Position numbers and translations under genes: made by a program. Below, one piece after another: positions 1 through 10,097 of a stretch of DNA of 64,000 bases. Under the pieces are notes generated by a model, which was given only the letters and a program-made list of their open reading frames with translations, was not told where the DNA came from and searched no databases. The stretch comes from an uncultured Acidobacteriota bacterium (GTDB lineage Bacteria; Acidobacteriota; Terriglobia; UBA7540), in assembly GCA_963804995.1 (NCBI GenBank), contig CAWDSK010000006.1:1120001-1184000 (forward strand). Direction: 5' to 3'. The stretch's first letter is position 1; every line of letters begins with the position of its first letter.

Positions 1-119
1 ATCTTCCTCGCAAACACGCGTGCTCCACTAAAATTGGGTGTCGCCTTCCGGGTGCCGGCGAGAGGCACCTGCGGCGGTAGTGCCCGCGCTGCTCTCTCCG
101 CGCCCCAGCAGGCCAAGTA

Positions 120-497
120 TCACTTTAACGGAAACGCCATCGTGGTCATCAACGTCATGGCTGGTTGGGTGCTATCGAGCCGAGTGTGCTGCACGACCAC
201 GGGCACATTACTTTCAACCTTCAAAGCCATGGGCTTGCCCACGGGGATTCCCTCGCCACGGCGGTTTTTTATGCGCTCCAGGCGAATATGTTGCGTTCGC
301 AACGGAGGGCAGATTGCTTCAAAGCCCTTCAGCGGCTCGCGGTCCTCAAAATAAACTGTCAGCCTCACCTTCGCTTTACGGGTGGTCAGGTTGAGAACAC
401 AAGCTGATTCGTGACTCTTCATTTCGCCGGTGCTCTGCTCTGGCAGATAGCTGTCGGGAATGATCCACACTTTCGCACCAACGCGCTTCTTCGCCAT
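120..497 (-). CDS. Sensory rhodopsin transducer (ASRT) family protein
   Basis: 125 aa; W-x-IPD-x-Y-x-P, SHESACVLN, YFEDREP, RTQHIRL and VESNVPVVVQHTRLDS motifs of the ASRT family; GAGG RBS upstream. Confidence 0.85.
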   Translation of the reverse strand: MAKKRVGAKVWIIPDSYLPEQSTGEMKSHESACVLNLTTRKAKVRLTVYFEDREPLKGFEAICPPLRTQHIRLERIKNRRGEGIPVGKPMALKVESNVPVVVQHTRLDSTQPAMTLMTTMAFPLK

Positions 498-939
498 GGG
501 TACCTCCTCTGAGCGCCTTCCAATTTTTTACCACGGGTGGGCTGCCGATGGCGGCAACCTTACGGCTACAACAAAAATCATTGGACTTCTGTCCAGGTCT
601 ACGTCACCAACGTATCGATCTCCTCCGGGGCCCGGTCACACGGCAATCCGAACATTGGGTCACCAACTCTCCCTTACCGCTGCATGTCAATCGAGGGAGT
701 TCTGAAAACTAGGACTCACGCGCCATCCGGTTTAGCACGTGCCGGCCGTTCATGCAAGTCACTCCGCGAATAGCGATATCCTACGACACGTGCTGATATT
801 TCCCAAAGCCCAAAGAAGGCGAATTGTCCGAGGCTGACTTATTCTGCCATTCTCGGAAGGAATACCCTCGAATGTGTGGGCTCTTCTGTGTACAATGGCG
901 CGCTTAGCGGTACTTAAACTCGATCTACTGAGGTGAGGC

Positions 940-1596
940 ATGAATCGACGGGGGGTTCTGGCGGTAATGGTCCTGGGGCTGGTGCTTTTTCCAGGCCACG
1001 CTTTCGCCGACGAATGGAAACAGCTCTTCAACGGAAAGGACCTGACCGGCTGGAAGCACGTGGGCCCGGGCGGCGACACGGTAGAGGACGGGCTGATTCG
1101 CACGCACGGGGGCATGGGACTGCTTTATTGGACAGGCGGCAAGGTGGGCAATTGTGTGATCCACGTCGTCTATCGTTTTCGCGATAAGAACGATAATTCC
1201 GGCGTCTTTATCCGCATCCCTCTCGAGCCGCGGGAAGAGTGGATGCCGGTTCACTACGGGTATGAAGTGCAAATTGATAATGAGGCCGTTGGCGAAGATG
1301 AATACCATATCACGGGCACCCTCTACTCGCTGACCAAACCCCTCGCCAAGCCAGGAAAACCGGGGCCGGAGTGGAACACGATGGATATCACTTTGGATGG
1401 GCCCCACACCGTCGTTGTCGTGAACGGTGAGAAGGTGACGGATTACACCGAAGGCCAGCCCGTACCGCCGCGGAAGTTCAGTTTTGAGCCGCAACGCGGC
1501 CCGCGCCCCAACGAAGGCTGGATCGGTTTGCAGAACCACAGCGACAACGATATCGTCTTTTTCAAAGAAGTAGCAATCAAGCCACTGAAGAAGTAG
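940..1596 (+). CDS. DUF1080 (3-keto-disaccharide hydrolase/hydratase-like) secreted protein
   Basis: Signal peptide, LFNGKDLTGW, NSGVFIR, YEVQID, EWNTM, GWIGLQNH motifs; GAGG RBS. Confidence 0.9.
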   Translation: MNRRGVLAVMVLGLVLFPGHAFADEWKQLFNGKDLTGWKHVGPGGDTVEDGLIRTHGGMGLLYWTGGKVGNCVIHVVYRFRDKNDNSGVFIRIPLEPREEWMPVHYGYEVQIDNEAVGEDEYHITGTLYSLTKPLAKPGKPGPEWNTMDITLDGPHTVVVVNGEKVTDYTEGQPVPPRKFSFEPQRGPRPNEGWIGLQNHSDNDIVFFKEVAIKPLKK

Positions 1597-1791
1597 CATC
1601 ATGGCCTTCGCCTGCGGACGGGAATGCTACCGCAGTGCGTCGAAAGTAACAGTACTTGTAGCGTCCCGACCTGTCGGGACACATGCCGACCTAAAGGTCG
1701 GCGCACAACACCGACACTAGGTGCTCGCGCCCACAGGACGAACGTAGAATCTTTGTTTGGCATCTGACATAGCGGTAGAGGAGGGAACATC

Positions 1792-2691
1792 ATGATCGAC
1801 AGGTTACATCGCCGAGGGTTTCTGAAAGTGGCCGGGGCTGCCGCGGGCTCACTGTGTGTGAATATCCAGGGCGCCAACGGCCCGGAGGAGGGAGCTAACT
1901 CCAGCCACCCCCGATTTCTTACGAGTTGCTGTGCCTACTCCTACGGAGACTATTTGAAGTCCGGTAAAATGACCATGGAGGACTTTATCCGCAAGGCTGT
2001 GGAGCTTGATATCGACGGCGTCGACTTGACCACGTATTGGTTTAAATCCACTGAGCCCGATTACCTACTCAGCTTGCGTCATCTCGCCTTCAAACTGGGC
2101 GTGGTCTTTTCAGGAATCGCCATCCGCAACTCCCTCTGCTACGCCGAACCTGAGAAGCGCGCGCAGCAAGTGGAGGAAATCAAGAAATGGGTGGATGCCA
2201 CCGACATCCTGGGCACTTCCCAAATCCGCGTATTCGGCGGCAAAGTGCCCAATGGTGCGTCGGATGCCCAGGGCATCGATTGGGTCGTGGAAACCCTGAA
2301 GCCCGCCTGTGATTATGCGGCCAAGAAAGGGGTGACCCTGGCCATCGAAACCCATCACGAAATCACCGAGAAAGCCGCCAACGTGGTGGAGATCCTCCGT
2401 CGCGTCGATTCACCTTACGCGGGCGTCACCCTGGATATCAGCAACTGGCTGGAAGAACCTTACGGTCAGATTGAGACCTTGGTGCCTTACGCGACCAACA
2501 CCCACATCCGCGATTTCTACGGGCCTCCGCCCCGGCCGCTGGACCTCGACCGGGTCTGGCAAATTTTCGCGAAGGCCGGCTACAAAGGCTTCATGACCGT
2601 GGAATATGAAAGCCCAGAAGATCAAATGACTGGTGTCCCGAAACTCGTCGACAAGGTCAAGGCTCTCTGCAAGAAGTATTCGAGTGTTTAA
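1792..2691 (+). CDS. Tat-exported sugar phosphate isomerase/epimerase (xylose isomerase-like TIM barrel)
   Basis: RRGFLK Tat motif; IRVFGG, LAIETHH, LDISN, HIRD, VEYE metal-site motifs. Confidence 0.88.
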   Translation: MIDRLHRRGFLKVAGAAAGSLCVNIQGANGPEEGANSSHPRFLTSCCAYSYGDYLKSGKMTMEDFIRKAVELDIDGVDLTTYWFKSTEPDYLLSLRHLAFKLGVVFSGIAIRNSLCYAEPEKRAQQVEEIKKWVDATDILGTSQIRVFGGKVPNGASDAQGIDWVVETLKPACDYAAKKGVTLAIETHHEITEKAANVVEILRRVDSPYAGVTLDISNWLEEPYGQIETLVPYATNTHIRDFYGPPPRPLDLDRVWQIFAKAGYKGFMTVEYESPEDQMTGVPKLVDKVKALCKKYSSV

Positions 2692-2751
2692 TTCGGAAAC
2701 CGTTTTTGGTAACGACCAATTTCTCGCGCCCCAGGCGCTGGAGGAGATAGC

Positions 2752-3657
2752 ATGAACGATTCTTTGCCTCGTCGAGGGTTTTTGAAAGCCGCTGGCCTCG
2801 CAGCGGCTGGCTCACTCGTTTCTGACATCCGGGTTGGCGCTCGGCCGGCGGAGGGAGCAACCCACCCCCAGCCGCGGCTCCTGACCGGGTGTTGCGCCTA
2901 CTCTTACGGGACATACCTGGAAGCCGGCAAGATGACGATGGAGCAGTTTATCCTCAAGGCCGTGGAACTGGAGGTGGTGGGCGTTGACATGACCGCCTAC
3001 TGGTTAAAATCCAAGGAACCGGCTTATCTCCATAGCTTGCGCCATCTCGCCCATAAGCACGGGATCCTCTTTTCCGGAGCCGCCTGCGGGACCGAGATGT
3101 GCGAGCCCAACGCTACCAAGCGCGCCGCGCTGGTCACGGAGATTGAGCAATGGATCGATGTCGCAGACCTGCTGGGCGCTTCCCACTTGCGCGTTTTCGG
3201 CGGCGAACTTCCCCCGGGCGCCACAGTGGCCCAAGGCAAGGACTGGGTTGTCGAAGTCCTGAAGCCAACTGCCGATTACGCCACCCAAAAAGGCGTGATG
3301 CTGGGCATCGAGAGCCATCACGGAATCACCTCCATGGCTGCTGACATTATCGAAATCATCCATCGCGTTGACTCACCCTACGTCGGCTGCAACCTCGATA
3401 TCACGCACTTCCCCAAAGACCCCTACGCACAGATCGAGGCTCTGATCCCGTACGCCACGATGACCCATATTCGTGATCACTTCGACGAGCCGCGGCCCGA
3501 CCCCATCGACCTCGAACGCGTCTGGCAGATGTTCGTAAAAGGCGGTTACCAGGGTTTCATGGCCGCAGAGTACGAATCGAAGGAAGACCCCATGACCGCC
3601 GTCCCCAAACTGGTCGATAAGATCAAGACACTCTGCAAAAAGTTTTCAAGTGTCTGA
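2752..3657 (+). CDS. Tat-exported sugar phosphate isomerase/epimerase, tandem paralog of 1792-2691
   Basis: RRGFLK; CCAYSYG, LGIESHH, HIRD, AEYE; near-identical C-terminus (LCKKFSSV vs LCKKYSSV). Confidence 0.88.
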   Translation: MNDSLPRRGFLKAAGLAAAGSLVSDIRVGARPAEGATHPQPRLLTGCCAYSYGTYLEAGKMTMEQFILKAVELEVVGVDMTAYWLKSKEPAYLHSLRHLAHKHGILFSGAACGTEMCEPNATKRAALVTEIEQWIDVADLLGASHLRVFGGELPPGATVAQGKDWVVEVLKPTADYATQKGVMLGIESHHGITSMAADIIEIIHRVDSPYVGCNLDITHFPKDPYAQIEALIPYATMTHIRDHFDEPRPDPIDLERVWQMFVKGGYQGFMAAEYESKEDPMTAVPKLVDKIKTLCKKFSSV

Positions 3658-3847
3658 CATCCTCGAAGAAGTGCCGACCTTTAGAGCCTGCCTGCCCTGA
3701 GCACCGCGAAGGGTCGGCACTTCTATTTCATCCCTATCGTGCTGACCTGAAGGTCAGCGCCACAACCAGTTCGCCACCTCTTTGTCGCGCCGGCCTTATG
3801 GTTTTTGAATTTAGTAACTTGTTTCGACGCCCCGCGCGTGGAAGTAA

Positions 3848-3986
3848 CCCCTCATCCGTCCTCCTACGTCAGCCACCTTCTCCCCTGGGGAGAAGGCTGG
3901 GATTTACGGTGCCTAGCCCTCTCCGAGGGGAGAGGGTGGACCGCAACCGGCGTTTTCATCAGCCGGGGCAGGCCGGGTGAGGGGTC
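3848..3986. repeat. Palindromic repeat, CCCTCTCC...GGAGAGGG / GGGTGAGGGG family
   Basis: Related copies at ~15542-15680 and ~55740-55860 (inverted) and ~44115-44190 share GGAGAGGGTGGACCG and GGGTGAGGGG. Confidence 0.7.
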
Positions 3987-4133
3987 GGTTGGGGGTTCGG
4001 GCCCTTTGAGAGTTCACCAAGTTAAAAATTCAAAAATCATAAGGTCAGCGTTACTTGCGGCGGGAAAATCCGCATGCCTGTAAACCTCCGCATTTCCAAT
4101 CCGTCTATTGAGGTAGACTTCGGTAAGGAGAAC

Positions 4134-4724
4134 ATGGAAAGCGCTCTCGCGACCATCGCGGATCTAGCCACGGGCCGGAACCTTGCGGACAGCCTTGCCG
4201 AGCGCGAATTTGACCACCTCGTCAGGTCTCATCAGCGGCGCATTTACCGGGTGTTGTTCTCCCTCCTTCGCGACCAGGACCTGGCCGATACGCTGACTCA
4301 GGAGTGTTTCCTGCGGGCCTTTCGGAAGCGGGCCACCTATCGTGGCGAGGCGAGTGTCGAGACCTGGCTGGTCCGAATCGCCATCAACCTGGCACGCGAT
4401 CACGCCAGGAACCGCCGTCTGGCCTTTTGGCGCGGGTTGTTGCACTTGGGCCCTCGAGCTGAATCTGAGACTGCCATCCTGGAACCCTGTGACCCCGCTC
4501 CTTCCGCCGAGCGGGCACTCCTGGCACGCGAGCAAATGATGAGCGTGCGGTCGACTCTGGACAAACTCTCGCCGCAACAACGGACTGCCTTCACACTGCG
4601 CTTCTTTGAGGAAATGAGTTTGGAAGAAATCGCGCACGTTATGGAAGTGGAGGTCGGGACCGTAAAAGCGCACTTGTTCCGCGCCGTCAATGCGGTGAGG
4701 AAGAAACTGAAGGGGCAGAAATGA
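4134..4724 (+). CDS. ECF sigma-70 family sigma factor
   Basis: DTLTQECFLRAF, TWLVRIAIN, region-4 SLEEIA...GTVKAHLFRA; AAGGAG RBS favours ATG 4134 over the ORF-track start 4074. Confidence 0.93.
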   Translation: MESALATIADLATGRNLADSLAEREFDHLVRSHQRRIYRVLFSLLRDQDLADTLTQECFLRAFRKRATYRGEASVETWLVRIAINLARDHARNRRLAFWRGLLHLGPRAESETAILEPCDPAPSAERALLAREQMMSVRSTLDKLSPQQRTAFTLRFFEEMSLEEIAHVMEVEVGTVKAHLFRAVNAVRKKLKGQK

Positions 4725-5194
4725 ACAGCCATCTCAGCGATGAACAATGGGCGGCCGCCGTTCTCAGGGAGAGCGGAACCGTGAATATCGACCATCTGAG
4801 CGAATGCGCGCCCTGTCGTGAGGAAGTGCATTTGCTGGCGGAGGTAATAGGTGAAGGGCGGGCGGAAATCCACCGCGCTACGGAGCAGCCAGATTCATTC
4901 TGGAGGCAGCAGCGCGAGGGCATTTCGACTCGCTTGGCCACCCACGAATTCAATCCGCCCTGGAAACGCCTGGTCTGGGTCACGGCCACCTTCACCTTGA
5001 TTTTACTGGCAACTTCTCTACTCTCGAGACACTCTGCGCCTTCGCTTCCAGAGACTGCCCGGACCGACCCGGATGACGCGCTGATGCTGAGTGTGCAGCA
5101 ATCGATACGCAGCGATTTGCCCCAGGCGCTCCGGCCCGCCGCGCTGCTGACCCAGGAAATGGATCGCGCTGCGGCAGCGCGGCGAAATCCCTGA
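4721..5194 (+). CDS. Putative zinc-binding membrane anti-sigma factor
   Basis: ATGA overlap with the sigma gene; HLSECAPC (HxxxCxxC) motif; one TM helix. Confidence 0.75.
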   Translation: MNSHLSDEQWAAAVLRESGTVNIDHLSECAPCREEVHLLAEVIGEGRAEIHRATEQPDSFWRQQREGISTRLATHEFNPPWKRLVWVTATFTLILLATSLLSRHSAPSLPETARTDPDDALMLSVQQSIRSDLPQALRPAALLTQEMDRAAAARRNP

Positions 5195-5197
5195 AAA

Positions 5198-5285
5198 GGT
5201 GTCAGGTGACAGGTATCAGGGGGTAGCTATCAAGCGGACGGTGCTAGTGCTGCGGCTTTTCCTGACACCAGATACCTGACACCTT
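5198..5285. repeat. Inverted pair of heptamer tandem repeats (GGTGTCA/GGTGACA/GGTATCA ... TGACACC)
   Basis: Read directly; similar arrangement at 45653-45720. Confidence 0.7.
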
Positions 5286-5318
5286 GCTTTTTACAGACTT
5301 TTAAAAAGGAGCACAAAC

Positions 5319-6032
5319 ATGAAACCGCTTCGAACTCTGATGGGGATGGCTTTAATCTTCTTGCCCTCGGCAGCGTGGGCCCAAAACAATCCCTCGGCAT
5401 CGCCCACACCCAACCCAGGCCCGGTGACTGCTGGTCCGGTCATTGCCGGGCAGTTCCCACCCGACGCTCCCCCGCCGCCACCGGGAGCGGTAATGATTCA
5501 GAGAAGGGTCGTGGGTCCCGGGGGGCCGGGGAACGCAACCTATATGACGGTGGGGGGGCCTGGACCGACCGAGGGTCTGGGCGCGTGGTGGAAAAACTCC
5601 GAGATTGTCTCTAAGCTGCAGCTTCCCGAAGACCGCGTAAAGAAAATCGAGCAGACATTCCTGGACCACAAATTGAAGCTCATCGATCTCCAGGCCGATC
5701 TGGAAAAGCAAGAATTGCGCTTGCAGCCGCTGATGGACGTTGACCACCCCGACGAGGGCAAAGTGGGCGCGCAAATTGACCTGATCACCGCGGCGCGGGG
5801 CAGGCTCGAAAAAGAAAATGCCATGATGATGTTGGCCATCCGTAGCGACCTGACGGTCGAGCAATGGAAGAAGCTCAAGGCGATCGAAGCTGCTGAACGC
5901 GGGAAGGAAAGAGTCCTTTTTTGGCGAGGAAACGGGCCGATGCCAGGGGGGCCCGGAGTTAACACGCTGGGCGGAGTTCCCTTACCGCCTCCTGGCGAAG
6001 GCCCGGTAACAGCACCGGTACCCCCCCAGTAA
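5319..6032 (+). CDS. Spy/CpxP-like periplasmic protein (heavy-metal sensor-like)
   Basis: Signal peptide, Pro-rich linkers, WWKNSEIV..LQL, helical core ending in LTVEQW (LTxxQ motif). Confidence 0.75.
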   Translation: MKPLRTLMGMALIFLPSAAWAQNNPSASPTPNPGPVTAGPVIAGQFPPDAPPPPPGAVMIQRRVVGPGGPGNATYMTVGGPGPTEGLGAWWKNSEIVSKLQLPEDRVKKIEQTFLDHKLKLIDLQADLEKQELRLQPLMDVDHPDEGKVGAQIDLITAARGRLEKENAMMMLAIRSDLTVEQWKKLKAIEAAERGKERVLFWRGNGPMPGGPGVNTLGGVPLPPPGEGPVTAPVPPQ

Positions 6033-6048
6033 TGGATGGGAAGCTGAA

Positions 6049-6122
6049 GCGGGGCAAATGAACATCGGGCTGCGAGCTCAATTGCTCGTAGCCCCCCTGC
6101 CCCGTTTTTGACCTGTTTTTTG
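6049..6122 (+). terminator. Rho-independent terminator of the sigma/anti-sigma/Spy operon
   Basis: Nested stem GGGCTGCGAGC-TCAATT-GCTCGTAGCCC inside CGGGGCA...TGCCCCG, followed by T tracts. Confidence 0.65.
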
Positions 6123-6296
6123 CTCAAAAACCCCTCAAAACTACCTGAATACCCACCAGAGATATTTAGCCTCTCTGTTTGTTATCAATAACATTCCGGC
6201 TTCGTTCGTCATCTTTTTATATTTTTATCGCAGCGCCCCGAGACTATGAAAATATTCGTATAAGTGCTTTGTTTTCAAGCTAGTGATATTCGCCGA

Positions 6297-6455
6297 GATC
6301 ATAGAATTCTCCCGGCCAGAACGATAAGTCGATTGTATTGAATAACTCATTGGCATAGGAGGTAGTTTCGGCGGGATCATAAGAATTCTCCCGGCTAAGA
6401 ACGGTAAGTCGATTGTATTGAATAACTCATTGGCATAAGAGGTTGGTTCGGCGGG
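6297..6455. repeat. Two tandem ~78-80 bp AT-rich direct repeats
   Basis: GATCAT(A)AGAATTCTCCCGGC...TAAGTCGATTGTATTGAATAACTCATTGGCATA...TTCGGCGG at 6297 and 6375. Confidence 0.85.
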
Positions 6456-6695
6456 CTGCAAAGCAGAGGACATCGTCGGACCCACGATCGTCGCCAAGTC
6501 GCCCCAGCGACAACTTACGATTACTATAACATAGATAATGTGTTTGTCAACAACAAAAACCACCCCGCTAGCCTCGCCGCCGGGATTTTTCCTGGCGGGT
6601 GCTTCGCGCCTTCCTGAACGTCAGGCCAGGGCGGAGAAAGGAACAGGCTGCCCTCTGCAGGGCATCGCTACGAAGAAGAGGCCACAGGGCGGGTT

Positions 6696-7931
6696 TCAGT
6701 ACACGAGCACATCGCCCTCGTTCAAACCTTCGGCGACTTCGATGTTCAGGCCGTCTTGGGCGCCTAACTGGACTTTGCGGATTTGGATGCCGGAGGGAGT
6801 CTTGACCCGCACCGTAGCAATGCCTTGTTGGTACTCCACGGCGTGCAAGGGCAGGACCAGCACGTTATCTTTGCGGGCGAGGTCGATATAAACGTCTACG
6901 CGCAGTCCCACCCTCAGCGGTGAACCCGAATCAACTTCGACGAAGCTTTCGAGGACGTCCGTATCGATTTTTTCGGTGGGATTATCGGTTTGAATTTTCT
7001 TCGGCCCCAGCCCGCCACTGATGCGCACCACGCGCCCATAGAAGGTCTGGCCGCGGAAAGCATCACAGCGAATGGAGGCACGCTGGCCAAGCCGGATCTT
7101 GCCAACATCCGTCTCGTCGATTTCCGCGCGCACCATCAAATGGGTGGTGTCGGAGACGGAGACGATGGGCTGGTAGAGCGACTCGTAGGAAATGGATTCA
7201 CCGGGATTCATATAACGCTTGATGACCACGCCGTCCACAGGTGAGCGCACGAAGGTGTTGTCGTAGTTGTCCTGCGCCTGGGCGAGTTGGGCGCGAGCGA
7301 GTTCGAGTTCCGCCTGTGCGGAGTCCACGTCTTCGGAGCGCGGCGGCGCCATGATCAGTTTGTGATTCTGGCGCGCCGATTCGAGACGCGCTTCCGCCAT
7401 CTTCCAGTCGCGCTCCGACTGGTCGAGGACCGATTGCGAGATGACGCCGCCTTCCTTGAAGAGGTTTTGGGAGCGCTCATAATTTTGGCGGGCATTGTCG
7501 GCCGCAGCCTGGGCCTCGTTCATGGCAGCGTGCGCCGCCGCGCGCTCCTCCGGCCGGGCGCCGTTCCGGAGCTTCTCAAGCGCGGCCTGGGCGCGCAGCA
7601 CATTGGCATGCGCCTGCTCAACCTGCGCTTTCAAATCGTCATTCTCAAGCACCGCCACGACTTGCCCTTTGCGTAGCGGATCGCCGTCGTTGACGGTAAC
7701 TTCCTTCAACCTCCCCACTACTCGCGATGCCAGCTTGATCTCCTGTGACGTGGCGCCTTCCACCCGTCCACGCGCCGCAATGTGAGAATCAATCCTCCCG
7801 CGATGGACCTGCACCTGGTTCTTGAATCCTGAGGAATTCCTTGTGACCGAGGTTAAAAACAAGATCAGCGGCACGAAAAGCACCAATCCCAGCAGCGTGA
7901 ACATGTAGAGATTTTTGTGTGGCTTTGTCAT
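6696..7931 (-). CDS. HlyD-family periplasmic adaptor (membrane fusion protein) of an ABC exporter
   Basis: N-terminal TM, lipoyl halves (VNDGDPLRKGQ, VRSPVDGVV), coiled coil, AEIDETDVGKI; the ORF-track extension to 7982 is translated heptamer repeat. Confidence 0.9.
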   Translation of the reverse strand: MTKPHKNLYMFTLLGLVLFVPLILFLTSVTRNSSGFKNQVQVHRGRIDSHIAARGRVEGATSQEIKLASRVVGRLKEVTVNDGDPLRKGQVVAVLENDDLKAQVEQAHANVLRAQAALEKLRNGARPEERAAAHAAMNEAQAAADNARQNYERSQNLFKEGGVISQSVLDQSERDWKMAEARLESARQNHKLIMAPPRSEDVDSAQAELELARAQLAQAQDNYDNTFVRSPVDGVVIKRYMNPGESISYESLYQPIVSVSDTTHLMVRAEIDETDVGKIRLGQRASIRCDAFRGQTFYGRVVRISGGLGPKKIQTDNPTEKIDTDVLESFVEVDSGSPLRVGLRVDVYIDLARKDNVLVLPLHAVEYQQGIATVRVKTPSGIQIRKVQLGAQDGLNIEVAEGLNEGDVLVY

Positions 7932-7973
7932 AAAAGTAGGCAGAAGGCAGAAAGCAGTAGGCAGTAGTAAGTT

Positions 7974-8068
7974 CGTAGCCACGGTCAGGGCCTTTCTGAC
8001 CGTGGTCCTTTCTCATGCCCGGTGTCCAAGCAAGAACCCGCGGTCAGAAAACCACTGACCGCGGTTAC
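7974..8068. repeat. REP-like doublet, GTAGCCACGGTCAG family
   Basis: GTAGCCACGGTCAG-GGCCTTT-CTGACCGTGG ... CCGCGGTCAG-AAAACCA-CTGACCGCGGTTAC; relatives at 17941, 46450, 48229, 50579, 51355. Confidence 0.75.
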
Positions 8069-8769
8069 CAACTTACTGCCTGCTTCCCCACCAACACTCC
8101 ATCTTCAATGTTAAAAATCTCATCGGCCAGCGCGGTGATTCTCGAATCGTGACTCACCATGAAGACCAGCCGGCCTTCCTCGTGCGCAAGTTTACGCAGG
8201 ATTTCGGTAATCAAGCGGCCGGTCTTCGAATCCAACATCCCCGTCGGCTCGTCGGCTAGAATGATTGGCGGGTTGCCTGCCAGGGCGCGTGCCACAGCCA
8301 CCCGCTGCTTCTCACCACCGCTCAGGTCTTCCGGCAGGTGATGCATTCTATTTTCGAGGCCGACGCGCGCCAGCAGCTTGCGAGCCTCGGCATGACCCTC
8401 AGTCCCCCTGAGCCCTTTCAGGTTAAGGGTGGCTTCTACATTCTCGAGCGCCGTGAGCGCGGGGAACAGATTGAATCCCTGAAAAATAAAGCCGATCCGG
8501 TCGCGGCGAACGCGAGGCAAGCGCGCTTCATCGAGTGAGCTCACCTCCTGATCAAAGACATGGACGGAACCTGAGGTCGGCCGCAGCAAGCATCCCATCA
8601 ACATCAGTAAGGTGGTCTTACCGCTTCCTGACGGGCCCATCAAGAAAATGAACTTCCCCGCCTCGAGGTCCAGCGACACGTCACACACGGCTTCCACGGC
8701 CGACTCGCCTTCGCCATAAGTCTTGCTGACGTGGTCAAGTCGCAGAACGGTTTGGGTGGCCACGCACAT
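8065..8769 (-). CDS. ABC transporter ATP-binding protein (LolD/MacB/DevA-like)
   Basis: Walker A GPSGSGKTT, LSGGEKQRVAVARAL, Walker B ILADEPT. Confidence 0.95.
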   Translation of the reverse strand: MCVATQTVLRLDHVSKTYGEGESAVEAVCDVSLDLEAGKFIFLMGPSGSGKTTLLMLMGCLLRPTSGSVHVFDQEVSSLDEARLPRVRRDRIGFIFQGFNLFPALTALENVEATLNLKGLRGTEGHAEARKLLARVGLENRMHHLPEDLSGGEKQRVAVARALAGNPPIILADEPTGMLDSKTGRLITEILRKLAHEEGRLVFMVSHDSRITALADEIFNIEDGVLVGKQAVSW

Positions 8770-8851
8770 AGGAACTCATCTACCAGGATGCGGACTAGGC
8801 CAACAGCTTACAGTAACTGCTGGCTGATAGCTGATAGCTGTGAGCTGACAG

Positions 8852-9976
8852 CTAGCTCTTAAACACCAGCGCCGGGTCGATTCTTGTTACCTTGTAAATC
8901 GACAGCACGGACGACCACAGGCACATCAGGGCGGTGACGATAAAGATTCCCACCAGCACCGGCACCGGAAGCAGAATCTGCAAGTGCCCATGCTTCATCA
9001 TCTGGATCACACCGTAACTGACTGCCATCCCCATAGCAAAACCGATCACAGAATTGATCAGAGCCTGTTCAATGATGATCTTGTAAAGGTCCCAGTTGGA
9101 GGCGCCAATGGCCTTCAGCGTGCCGAATTCCTTTAAATGTTCCGTGGTGGAAGTGTAGATGGTGTTGGCCACAATCACTGTCCCGATCACCAATCCCATA
9201 ACGGCCACGGAGAGCAGCGCCACACCGGTGCCGGTATTGATCATCCAATAGTCCTGCGACTTCTTGCTGAACTCGCGGGATGTATAAACGTCCACGTCCT
9301 CCACCGTCTCCTGGATGCGCCGTTTGACGGCCTGCACGGAATAACCGGGTGCGACTTTTACCAGCACGTAAACGGTGTTCCCCTTGCTCACGCGGGAGAG
9401 ATTTACCGCGTTCTTGTAGGAAGTAAAAATGTAGGGGCTCTGGATGAACGACCGCGCCCCGCGCACAATGCCCGCCACGCGCACGCGGTGATCGTTGATT
9501 TCTGTTTCGCCTCCGATAGGCAGATTGCCGAGGCGGTTAGTCTCCGCTTCGTCATAGAAAATGGAGTTGAAATACTTTACGTCCTGAGGATTCCCTTTCA
9601 CGATGTCCCAGGGCGCGCCGATCATGGTTTCGGGATCAAACCCCACCATCTGCACCGTTTCCTGGCTCCCACTTGGGGTCTTCCAATAACCGAAAGACAG
9701 CAGGTACTTGATCGCCGACGCTACGCCCGGGACCTCCTGAACCTGGTAGAGTTTCTTTTCGCTAAAGGGCCGGCCGAAATCGAAGTTCTCAAGAGCGCGC
9801 GCCGTAATCCAGATGTCCGCGTCGGTGTGATCGATGAGCACGCTGACGTTGGCGCGAAACGCCAGATAAACGCCCAACTGGACCGTGATAAGCACTACCG
9901 CGAAGGCAATGCCGGCCAGCGCGACGGCAAAACGGATCTTGTCGTGGAAGAGATTCTTGCGCGCAATCGAAACCAT
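8852..9976 (-). CDS. ABC transporter permease (MacB/FtsX/DevC-like)
   Basis: SIARKNL.HDK.RF start, periplasmic domain, KEFGTLKAIGAS, 3 C-terminal TMs, IDPALVFK end. Confidence 0.92.
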   Translation of the reverse strand: MVSIARKNLFHDKIRFAVALAGIAFAVVLITVQLGVYLAFRANVSVLIDHTDADIWITARALENFDFGRPFSEKKLYQVQEVPGVASAIKYLLSFGYWKTPSGSQETVQMVGFDPETMIGAPWDIVKGNPQDVKYFNSIFYDEAETNRLGNLPIGGETEINDHRVRVAGIVRGARSFIQSPYIFTSYKNAVNLSRVSKGNTVYVLVKVAPGYSVQAVKRRIQETVEDVDVYTSREFSKKSQDYWMINTGTGVALLSVAVMGLVIGTVIVANTIYTSTTEHLKEFGTLKAIGASNWDLYKIIIEQALINSVIGFAMGMAVSYGVIQMMKHGHLQILLPVPVLVGIFIVTALMCLWSSVLSIYKVTRIDPALVFKS

Positions 9977-10097
9977 CGTCTGGGGCCTCAGCCACACGAT
10001 TTTAGCACGTCAGGCGCAGCGCCGGTGGCAGTGCTACAAAACCCCTGGGCGCGGCCCGCAGTAATGGATTAAACTGCCAACCCATCGGAGGTGAGAG

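Noticed and set aside
540..900. Possible ncRNA or IS remnant between the ASRT and DUF1080 genes
   Set aside because: I could not recognise a tRNA cloverleaf, riboswitch consensus, terminal repeats or a coherent ORF
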